A stretch of DNA of 64,000 nt, from positions 32,001 to 96,000 of the forward strand of contig JAYGFR010000103.1 in the NCBI GenBank assembly GCA_046581755.1, in the 5' to 3' direction. This DNA comes from Nitrospinota bacterium. Lineage in GTDB: Bacteria > UBA8248. Below are positions 47,993 to 56,541 of the stretch, in pieces. The translations under genes and the position numbers were made by a program. Every line of letters begins with the position of its first letter. Position 1 is the stretch's first letter. The notes below the pieces were generated by a model. The model was given only the letters and a program-made list of their open reading frames with translations. It had not been told where the DNA came from and made no database searches.

Positions 47993-48808
47993 ATGGATAC
48001 CCAAAACTGGTACGACGCTCAAGAATTCGCGCCCGGCACCTACCAGGTCACCGAGGCCGGGCGGTGGAACATGTTTCTCTTCGTTGGCGAGAAAAAAGCC
48101 CTCGCCCTCGACGGCGGGCTCGGCGTGGGGAGTTTCCGGAAATTCTGCGAGAGCGTCACCGATCTGCCCATCGATCACGTCCTGACCCACACCCACTGGG
48201 ACCATGTCGGCGCCGCCCACGAGTGGGACGCGGTGGGCGTCCATCCGAACGGCAAGGAAAAGCTCGCCAACGACTATTCGGCCGGGTGCAAGGATTTCGT
48301 CGAAACCTGGGAGGGCAAACCATTCCCCGAGGGATTCGATCCCGCTTCGTTCACCATCCCGCCCGCCATCTTCGGTTGGGAGGTCAAAGAGGGCGACACC
48401 ATCGATCTCGGCGGGCGCACCCTCCGCGTCTGGGACACCCCCGGCCATTCGCCGTGCAGCATCTCGCTTTACGAAGACCGCGAGGGCGTCCTCATCACCG
48501 GCGATCTCGTCAAGCCGGGCCAGCCCCTTTTCATCCAGGTGCCAACGGCGGTGCTCTCCCAGTACGGCCCCTCGCTTCGGGTGCTCGAAAAAATCGCCGC
48601 CGAAAACGAGGTGAAGTGGGTCTGCTCCGGCCACACCGACCCCTTCGGCGACCCCTCCGTCATCGGCCGGATGGCCGCCTTCGTCGATGATGTCGCCGCC
48701 GCTAAACTCGATCCGCCCAAAAAGGTGGAGGCCGGGAAATGGGGCGTCGTGGACGAATACGAGGCAGGGGACCTCAAAGCCTGGGTCAACGATAACGCGC
48801 GGAAATAA
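47993..48808 (+). CDS. MBL-fold metallohydrolase, copy 2
   Basis: Same motifs. ATG follows GGAG and the protein is colinear with copy 1. Confidence 0.92.
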   Translation: MDTQNWYDAQEFAPGTYQVTEAGRWNMFLFVGEKKALALDGGLGVGSFRKFCESVTDLPIDHVLTHTHWDHVGAAHEWDAVGVHPNGKEKLANDYSAGCKDFVETWEGKPFPEGFDPASFTIPPAIFGWEVKEGDTIDLGGRTLRVWDTPGHSPCSISLYEDREGVLITGDLVKPGQPLFIQVPTAVLSQYGPSLRVLEKIAAENEVKWVCSGHTDPFGDPSVIGRMAAFVDDVAAAKLDPPKKVEAGKWGVVDEYEAGDLKAWVNDNARK

Positions 48809-48840
48809 CGCGGGCGGCATTCCGCCGGGGAGGAGAAAGA

Positions 48841-49660
48841 ATGAGTCCCGAGGGCTGGTTCAGGGTCGAAGAATTCGCGCCGGGCACGATTCAACTCACC
48901 GAGGGCGGCCGGTGGAAATTGTTCCTTCTCATCGGCGATGAAAAAGCCCTGCTCCTCGACAGCGGGGTGGGCTTCGGCGACCTCAGGGCCCTTTGCGAGA
49001 GCCTCACCGATCTGCCGATCGATCATGTCCTCACCCATACGCACTGGGACCACATCGGCTCCTCCCACCGGTGGGACGCGGTCGGCGTGCACCCCAACGG
49101 AAAAAGCGAGCTGGCGAACGACCACTCCAAAAATGTGCGGCGAGGTCATCCAGGACTGGGGGGACGGGCTGCCCTTCCCGCCCGGGTTCGATCCCGAGGG
49201 CTACACGATTCCGCCCGCCACCTTCGGGCGGGAGGTCAAAGAGGGAGACACCATCGATCTCGGCGGGCGCACCCTCCGCGTCTGGGACACCTCCGGCCAC
49301 TCGCCGTGCAGCATCTCCCTTCTCGACGACAGGGAGGGCGTCCTCATCACCGGAGATCTCGTCAAGCCCCTTCAACCGCTCAACCTGCGGGTTCCCACCG
49401 CGGTCCTCTCCGAATACGGCCCCTCGCTTCGAAAACTCGAAAAGGTGGCCCCCGAAAACGAGGTGAAGTGGGTCTGCTCCGGCCACACGGACGGGTTCCC
49501 GGATTCCTCCATCATCGGCGAGATGGCGCGGTTCATGGAAGAAATCGAGGCGGGCAAGCACGACCCGCCCCGGAAAATGACCCACCCCAACGCCGGGCAG
49601 ATCGACGTCTACCAGGCCACCCGCTTTTCGGTCTGGATCACTGACACCGCCAGAAGGTAG
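48841..49660 (+). pseudogene. MBL-fold metallohydrolase, copy 3, frameshifted at an A5 run (49129-49133)
   Basis: Deleting one A gives LANDHSKMCGEVIQDW, which aligns without gaps to LANDYSAGCKDFVETW of copy 2. Confidence 0.85.
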
Positions 49661-49702
49661 CCCGCACCCTTCGCGGCAGCGGCAATTCGGGAGGATGAAC
49701 AC

Positions 49703-51649
49703 TTGAACGAAACCGAAGTCATCTGGCGACCCAGCCGGGATTTCAGGGAAAACAGCCACGTCGCCCGGCTCATGAAAAAGCTCGGCCACTCGGACTACCG
49801 CGAGCTTCTCGCCTGGTCGGTCGCGGACATCCGCCGCTTCTGGGAGGTCATCCTCGATGACATGGGCTTTGTGTGGCAGCGCCCCTACGACGAACTTCTG
49901 GACCTGAGCGGGGGCTTCCCCTGGCCCAAGTGGTTCGTGGGCGGGGAGACGAACATCGTTCTCAACTGCCTCGACCGCCACGCCGGGGGCCCGCGCCGGG
50001 ACGACGCCGCTCTCATTTGGGAGGGGGACGGCGGCGAGGTGCGGCGGTTCACCTTCGGCGAGCTCTCCGCCGAGGTCTCCAAGCTCGCCAACGCCATCCG
50101 CGCGGCGGGCCTCAAGCCCGGCGACACGGCCGGGGTGTTCCTTCCCCTCGTACCCGAGGCGGTTATTGTCATGTACGCCTGCTTCAAGACGGGGGTCGCG
50201 GTTCTCCCCGTCTTCTCGGGCTTTGGCCCCGAGGGGCTGGCCGAGCGCCTCGCCCACGCCGGGGCGAAAATCCTCTTCACGGTGGACGGCGCCATCCGGC
50301 GCGGAAAAACCATCCCCCTCAAGGCGACCGCCGACACCGCCCTGACCAAGGAGAATTTGGTCGAAAAAGTCGTCGTCGTCCGCCGCTCGGGGGGCGATGT
50401 CTCCATGACCCCTGGGCGCGACATCTGGTGGGACGATTTCACCGCCGATCAATCCACAAGCGCCGAAACCGAGCGCCTGCCCTCGAACGCTGTTTCGATG
50501 ATCATGTACACCTCGGGCACGACCGGAAAACCCAAGGGCACCCGCTACTCCCATGCCGGCCTCCTCACCGGCCCCGGCCGCGAGCTTCGCTACTGCTTCG
50601 ACATGCGCGAGGGCGACACCATGTATTGGGTCACCGACTTCGGGTGGGTGATGGCGCCCTACGAGCTGGTCGGCGCCCATTTCAGCGGGAACGCCTGCCT
50701 CCTCTACGAGAGCGTGCCCAACCATCCGAACCCCGACCGCCTCTGGCAAATCGTCTCGGACCACAAAGTCACCCACCTCGGGCTGTCGCCCACCGCCATC
50801 CGCGTCCTCATCGGCGCGGGGGACAAATGGGTGGAAAACCACGACCTGTCCTCCCTGCGCGTTTTGGGCTCGACAGGCGAGCCCTGGGACCCGGAATCCT
50901 ACATGTGGTATTTCGAAAAAGTGGGCGGGAGCCGCTGCCCGATCATGAACATCTCGGGCGGCACTGAGATCGGCGCCTGCCTCCTCCAGCCGCTGCCGGT
51001 CATGGACCTCACCATCGGCACGGTGGGCGCGCCCGCCATGGGCACCGACACCGACGTTTTCGGCGAGGACGGCAAGCCCGTCCGGAACGAGGTCGGGCAT
51101 CTGGTCCTGAAGCAGCCGATCCCCTCCCTGACGATGGGTTTTTTGAACGAGCCTGACCGGTACGTCGATACCTACTTCTCGCGCTGGGAGGGGGTCTGGT
51201 ACCACGGCGACTGGGCCAAGGTGGACGAGGCCGGGCTCTGGTACCTCTACGGCCGCTCGGACGACACCCTCAAGATCGCCGGCAAGCGCGTGGGGCCCAG
51301 CGAGATCGAATCCGAGATTATCAAGCATCCCGGAGTCATCGAGGCCGCCGCCATCGGCACCCCCCACCCCATCAAGGGCGAGGGGATCACCTGCTTCGTC
51401 GTCATGGGGGACGGCTATCCGCCCACCGACGCCCTCCGTGAGGAGATCAAGGACCAGGCCGTCGAGTATCTTGGCAAAAGCCTCCGGCCCGACGAGGTGA
51501 AATTCGTCCAGGCCCTGCCCAAAACCCGCTCCGCCAAGATCGTCCGCGGCGCCATCAAAAAAGTGTATTTGGGGCAGGATATCGGGCACATGGATTTGAG
51601 CTCCCTGGAGAACCCGGATGTCCTGGATGCGATACGGGAGGCGGTTTAG
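49703..51649 (+). CDS. Acetyl-CoA synthetase-like AMP-binding acyl-CoA ligase, paralog 1
   Basis: YTSGTTGKPKG, GSTGEPW, SGGTE, YHGD, GRSDD, LPKTRSAKI. Confidence 0.93.
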   Translation: MNETEVIWRPSRDFRENSHVARLMKKLGHSDYRELLAWSVADIRRFWEVILDDMGFVWQRPYDELLDLSGGFPWPKWFVGGETNIVLNCLDRHAGGPRRDDAALIWEGDGGEVRRFTFGELSAEVSKLANAIRAAGLKPGDTAGVFLPLVPEAVIVMYACFKTGVAVLPVFSGFGPEGLAERLAHAGAKILFTVDGAIRRGKTIPLKATADTALTKENLVEKVVVVRRSGGDVSMTPGRDIWWDDFTADQSTSAETERLPSNAVSMIMYTSGTTGKPKGTRYSHAGLLTGPGRELRYCFDMREGDTMYWVTDFGWVMAPYELVGAHFSGNACLLYESVPNHPNPDRLWQIVSDHKVTHLGLSPTAIRVLIGAGDKWVENHDLSSLRVLGSTGEPWDPESYMWYFEKVGGSRCPIMNISGGTEIGACLLQPLPVMDLTIGTVGAPAMGTDTDVFGEDGKPVRNEVGHLVLKQPIPSLTMGFLNEPDRYVDTYFSRWEGVWYHGDWAKVDEAGLWYLYGRSDDTLKIAGKRVGPSEIESEIIKHPGVIEAAAIGTPHPIKGEGITCFVVMGDGYPPTDALREEIKDQAVEYLGKSLRPDEVKFVQALPKTRSAKIVRGAIKKVYLGQDIGHMDLSSLENPDVLDAIREAV

Positions 51650-51736
51650 GGAGGAGCTAATATAGGGTAAAAGAAAGGTCTATATGCCGCTGGGCAGTGA
51701 ACCATCAGGCCCTTAATAAATTCAGGAGATTTATCA

Positions 51737-52615
51737 TTGGCTCGGTTTTCGGAACGGATTGGCATCGTCGAGCCCAAACCGCTCGTCCAGATCGAAGGGA
51801 TGACCCTGGAGTTGCGGAACTCGCTTTGGAATTTGATCTACGGACTCTACGAGAACCGACACAAAGATTACTGGAGGCAGGTCGCGCAGTTCATAGCTGA
51901 ACACTTTCGGAAGGTGCCAGTCGACGAATTGCCATACCGAGATTACGAATGTCGCGACTGGGTAAAAGACTACTTCTTTAAACTTGAATGGCACGAGGTG
52001 TACGACCTCGTTGAGTTCATCGATAACAACCATATTATTATGACCCGCCAGAAACATTCACCCTACGAAGACCGTTACATTTACCATTCAGTAAAACCCG
52101 ACCAAATCAAAAAAGCGGTTAACACGATCCTTCAAGGGGAGCTCACAGGGTTTCGGTTCATCTCTGGTACCCGGGTACCGATTTCGGACGAGGCCGAGGT
52201 CATAGAAGTCGAGGAAGCTACACCGCGCTCGAAAACTGTAGGCCTCTCGGGGACAACGAAACACATTCGCACCGCTCTTGAACTTTTCGGAAAGAAGCCG
52301 AACCCCGATTACCGGAATGCTACGAAAGAAGCCATAAGTGCAGTCGAATCGGCCGTAAAGCAACTTTCTGGGGCGAATTCGTCCGGCTTAGACGGAGCAC
52401 TCGATGAGTTATCGCGCAAGACCAGCATCCACGGAGCACTTAAGTCCGCTTTTAAAAAGCTTTACGGGTACACGAGTGACGAAGACGGAATTAGACATGC
52501 AATCCTGGAGGAAAATGAAGTCGGGTTCGATGAGGCAAAATACATGATCGTCGCTTGTTCGGCGTTCGTGAACTTCCTCATTTCCAAGGCTGACGCTGCC
52601 AATTTACTCCCCTGA
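51737..52615 (+). CDS. AbiJ-NTD-type abortive-infection-related protein with HEPN-like C-terminus
   Basis: FSERIG...LRNSLWN...WHEVYDLVEF N-domain. KEAISAVE...LYGYTSDEDGIRHA C-domain. Lower GC than neighbours. Confidence 0.72.
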   Translation: MARFSERIGIVEPKPLVQIEGMTLELRNSLWNLIYGLYENRHKDYWRQVAQFIAEHFRKVPVDELPYRDYECRDWVKDYFFKLEWHEVYDLVEFIDNNHIIMTRQKHSPYEDRYIYHSVKPDQIKKAVNTILQGELTGFRFISGTRVPISDEAEVIEVEEATPRSKTVGLSGTTKHIRTALELFGKKPNPDYRNATKEAISAVESAVKQLSGANSSGLDGALDELSRKTSIHGALKSAFKKLYGYTSDEDGIRHAILEENEVGFDEAKYMIVACSAFVNFLISKADAANLLP

Positions 52616-52630
52616 CAAGATGTACCAATC

Positions 52631-52665
52631 TCCCTCACCCCGCCCCTCTCCCGGAGGGAGAGGGA
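52631..52665. repeat. Palindromic intergenic element (CCCTCACCCC..CCCTCTCCC-n-GGGAGAGGG type)
   Basis: TCCCTCACCCCGCCCCTCTCCCGGAGGGAGAGGGA hairpin. Confidence 0.6.
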
Positions 52666-52734
52666 GGTATGAAGTTCTTTGGAGGTATGGAACCTTTCTT
52701 CCAAGAAAGGTTCCGGGATGTTGATTCTTAAAGG

Positions 52735-54690
52735 ATGGACACGATGAAAGCTCCCGAAGTCATCTGGCGTCCCTCGGACGATTTTCTCGAAAACTCCAAC
52801 ATCGCGCGGCTCATGAAAAAACAGGGATTAGCCGGCTACCGGGAGCTATTGGACTGGTCGGTGGAGGACAGCCCGCGCTTTTGGAGCGCTGTCATGGAAG
52901 ACATGGGCGTCGAATGGTACCGCCCCTTCGACCGGGTGCTCGACACGAGCGGCGGATTCCCGTGGGCGAAATGGTTCGTGGGCGGGGAGATCAACATCGT
53001 CCACAACTGCATCGACCGGCATCTGCAAGGCCCCAAAAAGGATCAGACCGCCCTCATCTGGGAGGGCGACGGCGGCGAGGTGCGCCGGTTCACCTATGCC
53101 GAGATGTCGGCGGAGGTATCGAAACTCGCCGGGGCCATGCGCGCGATGGGCATCAAACCCGGGGACGCGGCGGGCATCTTCATGCCCATGATCCCCGAGA
53201 CGGTCTTCGCCATGTTCGCCTGCTTCAAGGTAGGGGCGGTGGCGATCCCGATTTTTTCGGGCTTTGGCCCCGAGGCCGTCGGCGAGCGGCTGGCCCACGC
53301 CGAGGCGCGGGTGGTATTCACCACGGATGGCGGCGAGCGGCGCGGCAAGGAGATTAGGGTCAAGCCCACGCTTGATGAGGCGCTGAACCGCGAGACGGCG
53401 GTGGAAAAAGTGGTCGTCTATCCTCGGACGGGCGCTTCGGTCCTCATGCGGGCGGGGCGGGACGTGACCTGGGCGGAGTTCACCGAAGGGCAATCCACCA
53501 CCGCCGAGACCGAGCGCCTGCCCGCCGAAGCGCACGCGCTCATCCTCTACACCTCGGGGACGACCGGGCGGCCCAAGGGGACGATTCACACCCACGGCGG
53601 CTCCATCGCGACGATTGCGAAAGAGGTCGGCTACTGCATGGACTACCGCGAGGGGGACGTTTTCTTCTGGGTGACCGACATCGGCTGGATGATGGGTCCC
53701 TGGGAGTTCATCGGGGTGCAGTTTTACGGCGGGACGTATTTCATCTTCGACGGCGCGCCGAACTGGCCCGAGCCCGACCGCCTCTGGCGGATGATCGCCG
53801 CGCACGGCATCACCTCGTTCGGCGTCTCGCCCACGGCCATCCGCCTCTTCGCTAGCGCGGGGGAGGGGTGGGTGAAAAAACACGACCTCGCCTCCCTGCG
53901 GATTCTCGGATCGACGGGCGAGCCCTGGGACCCGGAATCCTACATGTGGTACTTCGAAAAAGTGGGCGGCGGGCGCTGCCCGGTCATGAACATCTCGGGC
54001 GGGACCGAACTGGCCGGATGCCTGCTCCAGCCCTATCCAATCGCAGAGCTGACGCCCTGCTCGCTCGGCGGCCCGGCGCTGGGGGTGGACACCGATGTAT
54101 TCAACGAGGAGGGCAAGCCCGTGAAGGGCGAGATCGGCCACCTGGTCTGCAAGCAGCCCGTCCCCTCGATGACGAAAGGATTTCTGAACGAGGATGAGCG
54201 CTACATCGAGACCTACTTCTCCCGCTGGCCGGAGGTCTGGTATCACGGCGACTGGGCCCGGGTGGACGAGGACGGCCAGTGGTACCTTTTCGGCCGCTCG
54301 GACGACACCATCAACGTCGCCGGAAAGCGGGTGGGGCCCGCCGAGGTCGAGTCCGCCCTCATCGCGCACCCCGCGGTCGTCGAGGCGGCCACCATCGGCA
54401 CGCCGCACCCCATCAAGGGGGAGGGGCTCACCTGCTTCGTCGTGCTGGGCGGGGATTACGAGCCTACCGACGCCCTTCGCGAGGAGCTCAAGGACGAGGC
54501 CGTGAAATACCTCGGCAAGAGCCTGCGGCCCGAGGAGGTGAAATTCGTCGAGGCGCTTCCCAAGACCCGCTCGGCCAAGATCGTGCGCGGCGCCATCAAG
54601 CGGATTTATCTGGGAGAGGACCCGGAGCGCATCGATACGAGTTCCATCGAGGTTCCCGAGATTCTTCTGGCCATCGCCAAGGCCTTGTAG
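52735..54690 (+). CDS. Acetyl-CoA synthetase-like AMP-binding acyl-CoA ligase, paralog 2
   Basis: YTSGTTGRPKG, GSTGEPW, GRSDD, LPKTRSAKI. Colinear with paralog 1. Confidence 0.93.
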   Translation: MDTMKAPEVIWRPSDDFLENSNIARLMKKQGLAGYRELLDWSVEDSPRFWSAVMEDMGVEWYRPFDRVLDTSGGFPWAKWFVGGEINIVHNCIDRHLQGPKKDQTALIWEGDGGEVRRFTYAEMSAEVSKLAGAMRAMGIKPGDAAGIFMPMIPETVFAMFACFKVGAVAIPIFSGFGPEAVGERLAHAEARVVFTTDGGERRGKEIRVKPTLDEALNRETAVEKVVVYPRTGASVLMRAGRDVTWAEFTEGQSTTAETERLPAEAHALILYTSGTTGRPKGTIHTHGGSIATIAKEVGYCMDYREGDVFFWVTDIGWMMGPWEFIGVQFYGGTYFIFDGAPNWPEPDRLWRMIAAHGITSFGVSPTAIRLFASAGEGWVKKHDLASLRILGSTGEPWDPESYMWYFEKVGGGRCPVMNISGGTELAGCLLQPYPIAELTPCSLGGPALGVDTDVFNEEGKPVKGEIGHLVCKQPVPSMTKGFLNEDERYIETYFSRWPEVWYHGDWARVDEDGQWYLFGRSDDTINVAGKRVGPAEVESALIAHPAVVEAATIGTPHPIKGEGLTCFVVLGGDYEPTDALREELKDEAVKYLGKSLRPEEVKFVEALPKTRSAKIVRGAIKRIYLGEDPERIDTSSIEVPEILLAIAKAL

Positions 54691-54954
54691 CTCTCCGCTA
54701 TGCGCCGCGCGCCGCCGCGCCGCCGCCGCGCGCGTGAATTTACCCGGGCGGGTCGTCTCCGCGCGCATGGTTTCGCCGGAGAAGCGGAGTCCTCCCACGG
54801 CATCCATCCCGGGCAACCACCCACGGCACTCTTTCCGGGCAATCGCCGCCCATCGCGCGCCGCATGCCGGTACCATTATTTTACTTGTCCGAAATGATAC
54901 CAGGCGGGATTTGTTGGTATGCTCATGGGGATCAAATCCCCGAGGGAAAAACCA

Positions 54955-55785
54955 ATGAGAGCCGCCGACCTTCACATGACGCAGGAAATTCTCGGATACT
55001 CGCGCTTTCACTTCATCACCCTGCCCCAGGGCGCGGACGATCCGGCCCTCTCCGAGGCGCTGGATGCGCTGGGCAGGCGGATGGAGAACATGCACATCGT
55101 CGAAGGAGGCCCGGCCACTGAGGCTTTCCGCGGGGGGCGCTACCAATACCTCCGGGCGGAGAGGGGATTTTCTTCCGAGCGCGATATCGCCCACCCCGAA
55201 ATGGCGCGCGCCGATGTTCTTATCCGCACCGAATGCGCCGATGCCGATCCGCTGGACCGCTACGAGGAGGGCCTTCGCCATGAAATCGAGAAACGGGAAG
55301 GCTCGCTGGAAACGCTGAGCGGAATCCAGAAGCCGCGCAGCTACACGAGCTACGCGATGACCCAGTTCGCCTACACCCCCGCCCTTCCGCCCGCCTCGGG
55401 CGCGGTCCTTCCGATCGGGGTGGTGACCCCCCAGAACAAGACCCGGAAATGGTGGAAAATGGATTGGATGCGCCGGGAGAGCTTTTTTCTGCCCCGCTAT
55501 GACGATGAGGGCCGAATTACCGCGAGGGGCCACGCCCTGGCCTCCAAAGAGGGGGTTCCCGGCATCCACCGCCGCCTCGCCCACCATCCCGAAGGTTATG
55601 GCCTGAAGGAGGGCTACGACTTCGTGGGCTATTTCGAGTTCGCGGAAAACGATGCCGAAACCTTCCGCGCCGTCATGGCCGCCCTCCGGGACGAGGCGGA
55701 CAATCCCGAGTGGGCCTACGTCCAAGAGGGGCCCGAATGGTGGGGCCGCCGGGTGGGCCTTGCCCGGGATCTTTGGAGAAAATAA
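54955..55785 (+). CDS. Chlorite dismutase-like (CDE superfamily) heme protein
   Basis: PQNKTRKWWKM...R, GH-x12-R (PGIHRRL.H), YDFVGYFEFA, EWAYV resemble short clade-2 Cld C-domains. Confidence 0.65.
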   Translation: MRAADLHMTQEILGYSRFHFITLPQGADDPALSEALDALGRRMENMHIVEGGPATEAFRGGRYQYLRAERGFSSERDIAHPEMARADVLIRTECADADPLDRYEEGLRHEIEKREGSLETLSGIQKPRSYTSYAMTQFAYTPALPPASGAVLPIGVVTPQNKTRKWWKMDWMRRESFFLPRYDDEGRITARGHALASKEGVPGIHRRLAHHPEGYGLKEGYDFVGYFEFAENDAETFRAVMAALRDEADNPEWAYVQEGPEWWGRRVGLARDLWRK

Positions 55786-55887
55786 AATCGGATCTATGCT
55801 ATGTAATGCTAGGCTGGGAGTCTGGGACGGCAAGGAAAAACACAATTAATTCAGATGGTTGAACCTCATTTTTAATAGGAACCACAG

Positions 55888-56436
55888 ATGCCTTTTCGGT
55901 ACAAGACTTACGTCACCTATCACCACGACTTGGCCCAAGAAATCAAATCCGACGATGTCCGATACGTCCGGCAATTATTGGACTGGGAAATCCGGGACGA
56001 GGACCACATCGCCTTTGTCAACGCCATCGAAAAATTCGCGCTATTGAACGATGAGGCCAAGCAGCTTGAGTTGGTGCACGGAATCAAGGAGCGATTGGCG
56101 AATTCGACCAACCTTTTGCTGATCATGGAAACCACTGTCAAGGAGGAGACGCCCTGGGTGAAGTTTGAGGTCGAATGGGCGGTGGATCATTGCAAAATTC
56201 CGATCATCGCGGCCTACAAGGGCTATGACAACATTCTGGCGCCCGGCAACCTCGAGCATCACTGGCCCAATGTGCTGGACCTGAGAATCCGGAATGCCTC
56301 CGCTCAAGTGGTGCACGTTCCATTTCTAAAATATCCGCTCCTGCGGGCGGTGGGTCAATTCGACCACAACAACCCGCCCAAGGGCAGCCTTCACTCATAC
56401 TCCAAATGGGCCTACGAGCACTGGAAGCTGGTATAG
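55888..56436 (+). CDS. TIR-like domain protein (ThsB/MTH538-type)
   Basis: TYVTYHH, IKERLANS..LLLI, WVKFEVEWAVD..KIPIIAAY with the putative catalytic Glu. Confidence 0.78.
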   Translation: MPFRYKTYVTYHHDLAQEIKSDDVRYVRQLLDWEIRDEDHIAFVNAIEKFALLNDEAKQLELVHGIKERLANSTNLLLIMETTVKEETPWVKFEVEWAVDHCKIPIIAAYKGYDNILAPGNLEHHWPNVLDLRIRNASAQVVHVPFLKYPLLRAVGQFDHNNPPKGSLHSYSKWAYEHWKLV

Positions 56437-56541
56437 CCCGCCCTCTCGCCGGGCTCCGGGCCGGCCGCCATTTCCCGCTCCCCCGGACCGGCCAACACGG
56501 CCCACACCGCCAGCGGCACTCTTATTGGCCTCTTCCTCCCG

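Noticed and set aside
54700..54735. GC-only low-complexity run after the second ligase
   Set aside because: Simple CGC-type repeat with no clear structure or coding signal.
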